From Ruminococcus sp. (GTDB taxonomy: Bacteria > Bacillota > Clostridia > Oscillospirales > Ruminococcaceae): a stretch of 64,000 nt of DNA. The stretch covers positions 14,831 to 78,830 of the forward strand of contig JAILFN010000034.1 of NCBI GenBank assembly GCA_024697545.1. Reading direction: 5' to 3'. The notes below the pieces were generated by a model, which was not told where the DNA came from, did not search any database, and saw nothing but the letters and a program-made list of their open reading frames with translations. Shown one piece after another: positions 39,207 to 48,505 of this stretch. The number at the start of each line of letters is the position of its first letter. Within the stretch, counting starts at the first letter, position 1. A program made the position numbers and the translations under genes.

Positions 39207-41837
39207 ATGGAAACAAAAGGTTTAACTACCGCCGAAGCGCTCGAACGGGCCAAAAGCGGAAGGAACGAACTCACTCAGGGAAAGAAGAAGAGCCTTTTTT
39301 CCGTGATACTGGGACAGTTTGCATCTCCGCTGCTGCTCCTGCTTATCGCGGCGGCGGTCATTTCCATCATGACGGGAGAGCTCGTTGACGGCGTGATAAT
39401 AATTGCCGTCGTGCTGGCAAATGTCATCATCGGTACGGTGCAGGAGGTCTCGGCAGAAAAATCGGTCGAGGCGCTGAGGCAGATCAATGCTTCAACAGCT
39501 GTCGTTATCAGAGACGGCGCGGAAAAAGAGATCCCCGCTGCCGAACTCGTCGTGGGCGATTACGTCATACTTGAAGCGGGCCGCGTAGTTCCCGCCGACC
39601 TGGCACTCGTACAGACGAGCTCGCTTAAAGTAAACGAGTCCGCCCTGACAGGCGAGAGCGTTGCCGTCGAGAAGGACTGCAACGAGAAGAGCGATGAAAA
39701 GACCCCCCTCGGCGACCGCAAGGACAAGGTATTCATGTCTACGCTTATAGAATACGGCAGAGGCGAGGGCGTTGTCGAAAAGATCGGCGATAATACCGAG
39801 ATCGGAAAGATATCGGGAATGCTCCGCAAGATCACCAAGCAGGAGACCCCCCTGCAAAAGAACCTCAACAGCATCTCCATGGTGCTGGGCATCGCGGGCG
39901 TTGTGCTTTGCATACTCATGTTCGTGTGCCAGATCTTCATCTATAACACAAAGCTTATCGAAACACTTATGATCTCCATCGCCTTTGCGGTAGCGGTAAT
40001 ACCCGAAGGTCTTGCAACGGTCGTGACCCTTGTGCTGTCCGCAGGCATACAGAAGATGAGCAAGCGCAACGCCATCGTCAAGCAGATACACGCGGTCGAG
40101 ACCCTCGGTGCGGTGAACGTTATCTGCTCCGACAAGACGGGCACCCTGACCCAGAACAAGATGACCGTAGTAAGATGGTACCTCAACGGCGAGGAAAAAG
40201 CTCCCGCGGAGCTCGCCGAAAACGACGGCGTGTTCGGCAAGCTGCTCGAAGGCTTCCTCGCCTGCAACGACGCCAAGTATTCCGAGGAAACGGGCGAGGA
40301 GATAGGCGACCCCACCGAGACCGCTTTCATCAAATACGCCAAGGACAACAAGCTCGGATACGACAAGATAATGTCTGCTATCTCGCGCTTTGATGAGATA
40401 CCCTTCGACTCCGACAGAAAGATGATGACCACCCTCGGCCGCGTTGAAAAGGGCGGCGAGGTCAAGAACGTATCCTATACAAAGGGCGCTATTGATTCCG
40501 TTATCGTAAGATGCGACCGCATACTTGACAAAAACGGCGTAAGACCCATCACCAACGAGGACGTTCTGCTGGCTACAAAATCTGCCGAAAAGATGAGCTC
40601 TGAGGCTCTCCGTGTTCTCGCACTTGCTTACCGCGAGGGCGACACTGTGCCTCAGGAGAAGGACATGATCTTCGTCGGACTCGGCGCTATGATAGACCCG
40701 CCCAAGGAAGGCGTAAGAGAGACCGTTGACGAATGCCACCACGCAGGCATCGACGTCGTTATGATAACCGGCGACCACAAGATCACGGCATTTGCCATCG
40801 CAAAGGAACTGAACATAGCGACCGATATCTCCCAGAGCCTTTCGGGTGCCGAGATCGACGAGATGGATCCCGAGGAGTTCAGAAAGAACGTCCTCAACTA
40901 CCGCGTTTTCGCGAGAGTATCTCCCGAAAACAAGGTTCAGATAGTACAGGCGTTCCAATCGCACGGCAAGATATGCTCCATGACGGGCGACGGCGTAAAC
41001 GATGCGCCCTCACTTAAAGCCGCGGATATCGGCGTAGCAATGGGCATCGGCGGAACGGAAGTCGCAAAGGACGCCGCCGAGATGATCCTCGTAGACGACA
41101 ACTTCATCACCATAAAGAACGCCGTGATGGAAGGCAGAAACCTGTTCAACAACATCAAGAAATCCGTTGTATATCTGCTCAGATCCAACTTCGGCGAGGT
41201 CATACTCATGGCTTCCGCTATCTTTGCGGGACTCTCCTCTCCGCTTTCAACGATACAGATACTTTGGGTAAACCTTCTCACCGACACCGCACCTTCCCTT
41301 GCACTCGGCATGGACGTAGGCTCGGATGCGGTAATGAATGAAAAGCCCCGTGATGTAAAGGCGGGCATACTCAACAAGAGCGACTACCTGAACATCGTGA
41401 TACAGGGCGTTATAAGCGGCGTGGTGGCGCTGCTCGCATTCCTGCTCCCCGTTATCTCAAAGTACGGAACGGGCGATATCGTCGGCAACCTTACAGGCAA
41501 TGCAGAGCTTATGAAGCTTTGCAGGACCTACTGCTTCAGCACCCTTGCCATAAACGAGATGCTCATGGCTTACGTCTGCAAGACAAAGGGCAGCCTGGCG
41601 TTTGCCACAAAGGAATCCTGGAACAACAAGGCACTCAACATTATCACAGCAGTCGGCATACTGCTCCAGCTCGGCGTTCTGGCGATCGCTCCGATCCGTT
41701 CGCTGCTGAAGCTCGCGGCTGTCGGCATAAGCGATGTCCTTACGATAATGCTCATAGCCGTATCGGGTGTCATGATAAACGCGGCGATCACGCTTGCAAA
41801 GGAGAGACTCGATATAAAGAGAGAAAGAGCGCTGTAA
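39207..41837 (+). CDS. cation-translocating P-type ATPase (Ca2+ type, P2A)
   Basis: LTGES, IPEGL, DKTGTLT, KGA, MITGD, TGDGVNDAP, QILWVNL; start ATG 39207 behind AAGGAG. Confidence 0.92.
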   Translation: METKGLTTAEALERAKSGRNELTQGKKKSLFSVILGQFASPLLLLLIAAAVISIMTGELVDGVIIIAVVLANVIIGTVQEVSAEKSVEALRQINASTAVVIRDGAEKEIPAAELVVGDYVILEAGRVVPADLALVQTSSLKVNESALTGESVAVEKDCNEKSDEKTPLGDRKDKVFMSTLIEYGRGEGVVEKIGDNTEIGKISGMLRKITKQETPLQKNLNSISMVLGIAGVVLCILMFVCQIFIYNTKLIETLMISIAFAVAVIPEGLATVVTLVLSAGIQKMSKRNAIVKQIHAVETLGAVNVICSDKTGTLTQNKMTVVRWYLNGEEKAPAELAENDGVFGKLLEGFLACNDAKYSEETGEEIGDPTETAFIKYAKDNKLGYDKIMSAISRFDEIPFDSDRKMMTTLGRVEKGGEVKNVSYTKGAIDSVIVRCDRILDKNGVRPITNEDVLLATKSAEKMSSEALRVLALAYREGDTVPQEKDMIFVGLGAMIDPPKEGVRETVDECHHAGIDVVMITGDHKITAFAIAKELNIATDISQSLSGAEIDEMDPEEFRKNVLNYRVFARVSPENKVQIVQAFQSHGKICSMTGDGVNDAPSLKAADIGVAMGIGGTEVAKDAAEMILVDDNFITIKNAVMEGRNLFNNIKKSVVYLLRSNFGEVILMASAIFAGLSSPLSTIQILWVNLLTDTAPSLALGMDVGSDAVMNEKPRDVKAGILNKSDYLNIVIQGVISGVVALLAFLLPVISKYGTGDIVGNLTGNAELMKLCRTYCFSTLAINEMLMAYVCKTKGSLAFATKESWNNKALNIITAVGILLQLGVLAIAPIRSLLKLAAVGISDVLTIMLIAVSGVMINAAITLAKERLDIKRERAL

Positions 41838-41851
41838 CAGCAGCTCTCCCG

Positions 41852-41906
41852 AAAAATAATATATCCCGAAGCCTGATGAGTTTGTCGGCTTCGGGATTAT
41901 TTTTTT
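41852..41906. terminator. bidirectional terminator
   Basis: ATCCCGAAGCC/GGCTTCGGGAT stem with A and T flanks, between convergent genes. Confidence 0.7.
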
Positions 41907-41914
41907 CTCTTACA

Positions 41915-42379
41915 TCAGCGGCGGAAAATGCCGCGGCGTTTTTTCATTCTGTCTATGCCGTAATCTATCATGGCGGCGACCTCTTCATTTGTACGGCTGC
42001 CGCTTTTTTTGCGGTTGCAGCGCCAGCACAGCACCTGAAGATTGCTCTCATCGCTGCCCGAGCCGCCCTGCTTGACGGGGATCTTGTGGTCGATCTCAAG
42101 CAGCAGGTAATCGCCCAGCCCCTCGGAAAAGCTGTCGAGGTATTCACGGGATATGCCGCATATACGGCAGGTGGCGTTATCCCGTTCAAGGACGCGCTCC
42201 TTCATCTTCGCGGTGACATACCTGCGCTTTGAAGCCTCCCGCTTTCGGTATTCCTCTTCTTCCGCTCGGCGCCTGTAACGACGGTAGCTGAGCCTGCTCA
42301 CAATAAGTGCTATCGCCGTCAGCACAAGAAGTACAAGCAGCAAATAAACGGCAGCGCCGCTGTCAAGGATCCTCTGCAA
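41915..42379 (-). CDS. HNH endonuclease with N-terminal transmembrane helix
   Basis: TM (AAVYLLLVLLVLTAIALIV), then VLERD..CRICG...IDHKIPVKQGG...NLQVLCWRCN; TTG start. Confidence 0.8.
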   Translation of the reverse strand: MQRILDSGAAVYLLLVLLVLTAIALIVSRLSYRRYRRRAEEEEYRKREASKRRYVTAKMKERVLERDNATCRICGISREYLDSFSEGLGDYLLLEIDHKIPVKQGGSGSDESNLQVLCWRCNRKKSGSRTNEEVAAMIDYGIDRMKKRRGIFRR

Positions 42380-42444
42380 TACTTTTCACGCTCCCTTCTT
42401 GTTCCTGCAAAAAGAGCTGCCGCAAGTGCAGCAGCCCCGTTTCA

Positions 42445-43392
42445 TCATGCTTCACCCAGCAGCCCCGCGTCTAAGCTGAACAGCGTGCGTTCGATATCCG
42501 CGATGTCCGTGCGGTGCTTGTCGAAAAGGTACTTCACGATAAGATCAGCCCTCTCCGATGAAGAGAAGCTGTATCCCGCAAGGCTCAGAAGCTCCGCCAG
42601 ACTGTCGGTGTCATCGGACAGCGCCGCAGCTATTCCCAGCGCTTCCGACTTTTTGAGCTGATATCCGCCGCCCTCGCGGATCTTTGCAAACAGGCTGCCG
42701 CTTATGTTCGCGCGGCGGCAAAGCTCGCTGTCCGCGATCTCAAGCTCTGTCATTCGCTTTATCACTGCCTGAGAAAAGCTCTTGCCGTCCTGTGCCTGTT
42801 CTGTCGGCTGCGGCTCGGGCTGTGCCGACGGCAGGATACGTCTTCTGCGCAGCCCGCCCGTCGGCGGTGCGGTGCTTTCGGAGATATACCGCCTGATCTC
42901 CTCGATCTCTGCCTCGTCCATCAGCTGCGTCCTGAGCCCGAATACCACGAGCGTCACACGCATATCGCTGCCGCAGAGGTATTCGTTTATCGACCTCAGC
43001 GCGACATCGGCTGCATCTGCGATCGGGTAGCCGTATGCCCCCGCCGATATAAGCGGGAACGCCACCGACTTGCAGCCGAGCTGTTCGGCAAGCTCCAGAG
43101 AGTTCTTATAGCAGGACGACAGCAGCTGCTCCTCACCGAAGCCGCCGCCGTTCCACACGGGACCCACCGTATGGATTATATACTTGCAGGGCATATCGTA
43201 GCCCTTTGTCGCCTTTGCCTGACCCATCTTGCAGCCGCCCAGCGTCATGCACTCTTTCAGCAGCATAGGTCCTGCCGCGCGGTGTATCGCGCCGTCAACG
43301 CCCCCGCCGCCCAGCAGAGTAGTATTCGCGGCATTCACGACAGCATCGACATCCATTCTTGTAATATCATCACGGACTATTGTTATCGGCAT
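42445..43392 (-). CDS. macrodomain (MacroD/YmdB-like ADP-ribose hydrolase) fused to HTH-like domain
   Basis: [40 protein letters not shown]; C-terminal [17 protein letters not shown] is HTH-like. Confidence 0.85.
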   Translation of the reverse strand: MPITIVRDDITRMDVDAVVNAANTTLLGGGGVDGAIHRAAGPMLLKECMTLGGCKMGQAKATKGYDMPCKYIIHTVGPVWNGGGFGEEQLLSSCYKNSLELAEQLGCKSVAFPLISAGAYGYPIADAADVALRSINEYLCGSDMRVTLVVFGLRTQLMDEAEIEEIRRYISESTAPPTGGLRRRRILPSAQPEPQPTEQAQDGKSFSQAVIKRMTELEIADSELCRRANISGSLFAKIREGGGYQLKKSEALGIAAALSDDTDSLAELLSLAGYSFSSSERADLIVKYLFDKHRTDIADIERTLFSLDAGLLGEA

Positions 43393-43513
43393 TGGTATCA
43401 CTCCTTTTTTCTCAAAAAATTAACATATCATTATTTTACCACATACTGAGCATTTTGTCAAACAAAAAAGCAGAATATCGAAAAAGCTCCGACATTCTGC
43501 TTTTGCAGTATCT

Positions 43514-44842
43514 TTATTTCATAAAGACAAATTCTTCCAGCTCAAACAGCGGCTTGCCGTCGAAGTATTCCTTTGTCCAGTCGGTAACGCCGTGCTCGGG
43601 GCGGAAGAATACGGAATGGCTGCCCGTGATGTTCTTCACCTTGCACTTGTACACGCCGTCTGCCGTGCCGACTTCGCACGCGCCTATCTCCTCGCCGTCT
43701 TCGCCGTCGATAATCACGCGGATGCGGCATTTTGTGCCCGAACCGCGTATCTTGAATGCGAGGGTCAGGCTGTCGCCCGTGTAGTCCTCGCCGAAGTCAA
43801 AGTATTTGTAGCCCATAACAGCGCCGTCAGTAATGTTCACGATGGGGCGGGTGAAGATATCTCTCTCGGTCACAAAGCAGCCGCCTTTAAGCACGCAGGC
43901 TATCTCGGCGGGTGTCAGCTTGTAGGGGTCAAGCGAGTCCTCAAAACCCAGCGAGGTCATTTCAACCGTCGGTATGCTGCCGTCGGGGAGTATCTCTATC
44001 CTCTCGACGCAGGCGCGGCGGGACATTATCGTGTTGTTGGTCATGCGGTGGTAGAAGATATACCACTGACCGTTTATGCAGGCGACGGAACCGTGGTCGT
44101 TGCCGCCCGGGTAATCCGCACCGTTGTCTATGATATAGCCGCGGTAGGTGTAGGGACCCTCGGGTCTGTCGGCGGTGGCGTATGCAAGCCTGCTGCCTGT
44201 GCAGGGCGAGTATATCATATAGTATTTGCCGTTTATCTTCCTCGGCGAGCTTGCTTCATAGAATCGCTGTTCCCGCGGGGCGTTTTCGGTGTCGTCGATA
44301 ACGGGGCGCTTGTAGCTTCCCTTTATGACCGTCCTCATATCCGCGGGGTCAAGCTCGTTCATATTCGATTCGGTGAAGCCGTAAAAGACATACACCCTGC
44401 CGTCATCGTCCACCAGCACGCCCGCGTCGTTGAATATGCCATCGTCGCCGACCTTAGTATCCTCATCGTAAAGATACTGTCCCAGACACCTGAAAGGTCC
44501 CTCCGGCTTGTCGGAGACTCCGACTGCGCCCTTTGAGCCTACGATATAAGAGTAGAGATAATATTTTCCGTCCTTTTCGACAACATCGGGCGCGTAGCAT
44601 TCGCGGCGCGTCCAGTCGGGATCTGCGGGGCGCTCTCCGCCGTCCTTGGTGCGGAAGCTGTCGCCGTGGCACTGCCAGTTGTTAAGGTCGTTGACAGATG
44701 CCGACCATACTTTCATCTTGAAATCGCAAAAAGCCTCGCAGGCGGGGCGGTCGTGCGAACCGTAAAGATATACCCTGTCGCCGAACACTCTCGGCTCTGC
44801 GTCGGGGATATACTCCCAAAGCGGTAATATAGGATTTGGCAT
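43514..44842 (-). CDS. glycoside hydrolase family 43 with C-terminal CBM6-like domain
   Basis: IPDAEPRVF, YAPDV, DAGVLVDDDG, FYEAS, NDHGS, WYIFYH; start ATG 44842. Confidence 0.85.
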   Translation of the reverse strand: MPNPILPLWEYIPDAEPRVFGDRVYLYGSHDRPACEAFCDFKMKVWSASVNDLNNWQCHGDSFRTKDGGERPADPDWTRRECYAPDVVEKDGKYYLYSYIVGSKGAVGVSDKPEGPFRCLGQYLYDEDTKVGDDGIFNDAGVLVDDDGRVYVFYGFTESNMNELDPADMRTVIKGSYKRPVIDDTENAPREQRFYEASSPRKINGKYYMIYSPCTGSRLAYATADRPEGPYTYRGYIIDNGADYPGGNDHGSVACINGQWYIFYHRMTNNTIMSRRACVERIEILPDGSIPTVEMTSLGFEDSLDPYKLTPAEIACVLKGGCFVTERDIFTRPIVNITDGAVMGYKYFDFGEDYTGDSLTLAFKIRGSGTKCRIRVIIDGEDGEEIGACEVGTADGVYKCKVKNITGSHSVFFRPEHGVTDWTKEYFDGKPLFELEEFVFMK

Positions 44843-44938
44843 AAATGGTTTCCTCCTGAAAATTGACCCGACTTTGCTCTTTTTGCAAAACGGGAAGGCT
44901 TCGATCATTCCTGTTTGATATCAATGAAAGAGATCATA

Positions 44939-45412
44939 TCAGATCTCTGCGAGCCAGCCCTTCAGGCTCTCGGCAGTAACGGTGCCGTTCAGCACCCTGC
45001 CCTCTTCGATCTCAGCACCCGGGGCACTGGGCTCTAAATTTTCTACAGCCTTTCCAAAGCCGCTTCCGCCCGATGTTGCAAAAAGTATTATCCTTTTGCC
45101 GCAGAAGTTGTAGCTTTCAAGAAAGCTGTTGATGATGGTAGGGGCTATATACCACCATATCGGGAAGCCAACGAACACGGTGTCGTAACCATTGATATCG
45201 GCGCTGTGGTCGGCAAGTGCGGGACGCGAGCTTTTATCGCTCATCTCAACACTGCTCCTCGACTGCTTGTCCTGCCAGTTGAGGTCGGCTTTCGTATAAG
45301 GCACCTCGGGCTTTATCTCATAGAGATCCGCGCCCGCAGCCTCTGCAAGTACCTTTGCCGCAGCAGCAGTCCTGCCGCTCGCGGAAAAATATGCTACCAA
45401 TGCTTTTTTCAT
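44939..45412 (-). CDS. flavodoxin
   Basis: YFSASGRT, GFPIWW, FATSGGS. Confidence 0.85.
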   Translation of the reverse strand: MKKALVAYFSASGRTAAAAKVLAEAAGADLYEIKPEVPYTKADLNWQDKQSRSSVEMSDKSSRPALADHSADINGYDTVFVGFPIWWYIAPTIINSFLESYNFCGKRIILFATSGGSGFGKAVENLEPSAPGAEIEEGRVLNGTVTAESLKGWLAEI

Positions 45413-45471
45413 ATGTATATCCTCCTGTCTTTATATAAGCAATGCCGCACTGCCATTGTGCAGCTCTGCCT

Positions 45472-47505
45472 TTATTTCTTCATGCGCTGTTCGTAATCTG
45501 CGGCGGGCATGGGCTTTGCGAAGTAATAGCCCTGTATCATATCGCAGCCCTGCGATGCTAAGAACTCTACCTGCTCCCTTACCTCAACGCCCTCCGCGAC
45601 CGTCCGCATATTAAGGCTCTTCGCGAGCTTTATAGCTTCGGAAACGACTATCTCTCCGCGGTCGGTGCCTGCCATCTCACCGCGGAAGAATTCCGCATCG
45701 AGCTTCAGCACGTCAAGCGGCATATCCTTCAGCGAATTGAGTGACGAATATCCCGAACCGAAATCGTCCATAGACACCGAGAACCCGTATTCCTTCAGCT
45801 TGTTGATGGTAGTCACCATCGCCTTTTTGTCATCAAAGAACGCGCTTTCGGTAAGCTCGATCTCGATAAGCTCATGGGGAGTTCCCGCCGCGTCTACCAT
45901 ATCGCGTATCTGCTCCGCAAGGTCGCTTTCGATGAAGTGCGCGCGTGATACGTTTACCGATATCGGCACGCATTTATAGCCCATGTCAAGCCACCTGCGC
46001 TGATCCTTTGCCACCTTTGAGATCATGTAATGATCTATCTCGGTTATAAAGCCGTTCTTTTCAAACTGCGGGATAAACCTGTACGGGGTGACGAACCCGA
46101 GGTCGGGGGACTGCCAGCGTATCAGCGCTTCGGCTCCCCTCAGGGTATTGGTGCGCGGGTCGTACTTAGGCTGATAGTACACCACGAACTCATTGTTTTC
46201 GAGAGCAGACTGCTGCCGCTCCTGAACGGTATCTATCCACTTCTGATCCTGTGCGAACTTTTCATCAAAGTACACAGCGCCGCTGTCATCGCTGCTCTCT
46301 ATGCTCGCCTGCGCGGTGCAGGCGTTGTTGTATTCAATCTCTAAGTCTATGTCGCTGCCCTTGAAGAAGAGCTTGACGGCGCTCTCATCGGGAAGGCTTA
46401 TGATGTCAACGCCCGCGTGGAAGGTGAACCTGTGACCTGTATCAATGCTTTGCAGCCCTTGCAGCAGCTCGTCTATCCTGCGGCGCAGGAGCGCTTCATC
46501 GCTGTACCTGAGCATGAGCGCATAGCTTCCGTCGGAGGTATGAGCGCACAGCTCCTTTCTGCCCATGCGGGAATTTATGCAGGCATATATCTGCTGCAAT
46601 ATCTGCTCGCCCTCCGCGATGGAATGGCAGACGCAGAACCTGCGGTAATCCACGAATGATATATTCACAACGGCAAGACCTGATTTCAGCCAGTGTCTTC
46701 TTCGTATGATCTGCTCTCCGCGGTAGAGGTACCACATTCGGTTGTGGCCCTTTGTGACGATATCGGTAAAGAAAAGCTTTGTGATCCTGTTCTGAGTCAC
46801 CGCATTTGAAACGGCGTCTATCAGCATGACAAGGAACATAAGGAGCATCAGCGCCGCCAGAGCCACGAGCATTATGTAAGCAAACACCGCTTCCTCGGCG
46901 GTTATCCTCATGCAAGCCTTAAAGAATATAGTCTGTTCTCCGTCAAGCACGGGAACTGCGAGCCACACGGGAAGCTCGATATACTCTTTAGGCGATGCCG
47001 AATCGAGAAGCGTTTGCGTATCCTTCAGAACGCGCTTATAATTTACCGCAAAATCATTGTCAGCTATACGGATGCTGTCATTCTCGGAATCGGGGTAGAC
47101 CTTATACTCATCAAAGCCGCTTTCAATGCCGACCACGCCCATAGATATCGTGCTGAAATCATATCCCTTTTCCCCGCAGGTGTTCCTGCCTTTAAGGTAT
47201 ATTACCGTACCGTTCTTGTCGCGGATAAAATAATCCCTGCCCGCCTCGTCGATGACATTATAGGGGTTTCGCGTTTCGGTCTTTATCTCACGCACATACT
47301 GCTTAGCGAGCAGCTGATCTGTATCATGCTCACTGGCGATCTTTCCCTTTATCGCAAAGATCATGAATGCGCTCACAAAGACCGCAAGGAATACCACCGC
47401 AAAAGCGATCACGATAAAATACATCAGCACCGAGATCCAGATGCGGTTTTTCCTGAGCCTGAAGTATTTCTTCCTGTAACGCCGTCTTTTGCCGGAGTAT
47501 GTCAC
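45472..47505 (-). CDS. membrane EAL-domain c-di-GMP phosphodiesterase with degenerate GGDEF domain
   Basis: Two TMs around a sensor region; YYQPK, GAEALIRW, ELTES, DDFGSGYSSL, AEGVE, QGYYF intact; GGDEF position reads SDGSY. Confidence 0.85.
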   Translation of the reverse strand: MTYSGKRRRYRKKYFRLRKNRIWISVLMYFIVIAFAVVFLAVFVSAFMIFAIKGKIASEHDTDQLLAKQYVREIKTETRNPYNVIDEAGRDYFIRDKNGTVIYLKGRNTCGEKGYDFSTISMGVVGIESGFDEYKVYPDSENDSIRIADNDFAVNYKRVLKDTQTLLDSASPKEYIELPVWLAVPVLDGEQTIFFKACMRITAEEAVFAYIMLVALAALMLLMFLVMLIDAVSNAVTQNRITKLFFTDIVTKGHNRMWYLYRGEQIIRRRHWLKSGLAVVNISFVDYRRFCVCHSIAEGEQILQQIYACINSRMGRKELCAHTSDGSYALMLRYSDEALLRRRIDELLQGLQSIDTGHRFTFHAGVDIISLPDESAVKLFFKGSDIDLEIEYNNACTAQASIESSDDSGAVYFDEKFAQDQKWIDTVQERQQSALENNEFVVYYQPKYDPRTNTLRGAEALIRWQSPDLGFVTPYRFIPQFEKNGFITEIDHYMISKVAKDQRRWLDMGYKCVPISVNVSRAHFIESDLAEQIRDMVDAAGTPHELIEIELTESAFFDDKKAMVTTINKLKEYGFSVSMDDFGSGYSSLNSLKDMPLDVLKLDAEFFRGEMAGTDRGEIVVSEAIKLAKSLNMRTVAEGVEVREQVEFLASQGCDMIQGYYFAKPMPAADYEQRMKK

Positions 47506-47595
47506 AGCATCCTCCCCTTTCGCAGTATACTTAATATGATTGTATCACATTTTCCCAAAAACGTCAACAGTTTTTTGTCCGTGCGCGGTCGGGGC

Positions 47596-47629
47596 AAAAA
47601 AATAAAACGGGAGCTCAAACTCCCGTTTT
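47596..47629 (-). terminator. terminator after tetR
   Basis: AAAACGGGAG/CTCCCGTTTT stem plus T-run on minus strand. Confidence 0.65.
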
Positions 47630-47649
47630 CGGCTTGTTCTTCGGGGGCT

Positions 47650-48261
47650 TTATCTTCCTGCCCCCGTGTGTCTGTCGATGATATCGTTTATGCACTTGTA
47701 AAGGTACGGCTTGAACTCATCTATGCTCACAGGCTCGGAGTAGAGTATCGACGAGTAGCAGGTGGAGTTTACAAGCTCAACTATCGTGAACAGCATGATC
47801 TCGGGCGCTTCGATGCCGTCGGGTGCGTCCTTTATCATGTCCTCGTATATGGTGCGAAAGCCCAGCTCGCCGTCAGTTTTGGGGGAGTTTATCGCGTGCT
47901 TGAATATGCCCCAGCTCAGATTCTTCGCGATGAATATCAGCTGAGGGCGGTTGTTTTCAAGACGGCTGAGTATGTTGTCTATTATAAAAATGATCTTTTC
48001 ATTGAAAGAAAGCTCCTTGCCGCAGTCGGAGAGAGCATCAAGAGCCTCGCGGAAGATCTTTGAGGACTGGTGTGCGACCAGCCTGTCTTTCAGGTCATAC
48101 TTATCCTTGAAATAGAGGTAGAATGTACCCTTTGCAACGCCCGCGTCGGTAGTGATGTCCGAAACGCTGGTCTTGCTGATGCCTTTTGTGGTAAACAGCT
48201 TGTAGGCGGTAGAGAGCAGGGATTCTTCCTTTGCTTTTTTGTTCAGATCGAGTTTTCCCAT
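47650..48261 (-). CDS. TetR/AcrR family transcriptional regulator
   Basis: TSVSDITTDAGVAKGTFYLYFKDK. Confidence 0.92.
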   Translation of the reverse strand: MGKLDLNKKAKEESLLSTAYKLFTTKGISKTSVSDITTDAGVAKGTFYLYFKDKYDLKDRLVAHQSSKIFREALDALSDCGKELSFNEKIIFIIDNILSRLENNRPQLIFIAKNLSWGIFKHAINSPKTDGELGFRTIYEDMIKDAPDGIEAPEIMLFTIVELVNSTCYSSILYSEPVSIDEFKPYLYKCINDIIDRHTGAGR

Positions 48262-48318
48262 TTAAGGTCGCTCCTTCTTCGGGGTTCGATGATATTCGTC
48301 AAATGTCTGCTTATTTAT

Positions 48319-48450
48319 ATTATAGCTGTTTTTTTTTAGCTTGTCAATATGGCAAAACCGACATAACGCAATAATGACTGTTAGTCAATTTGTGCAGATG
48401 TACGAAAATGACTGGCAGTCATTGACTTGCGGTCATTTTTGTGCTATACT
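48319..48450. promoter_or_regulatory. divergent sigma-A promoters with three TGAC-N5-GTCA operators
   Basis: Minus: TTGACA(48342-48347)-17-TATAAT(48319-48324); plus: TTGACT(48422)-17-TATACT(48445); palindromes at 48373-48389, 48407-48423 and 48421-48437. Confidence 0.75.
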
Positions 48451-48505
48451 GTAAAAAAATCGAGAGTTATACTACACTTACTGCGAAATCGGAGATGATA
48501 CAGTC

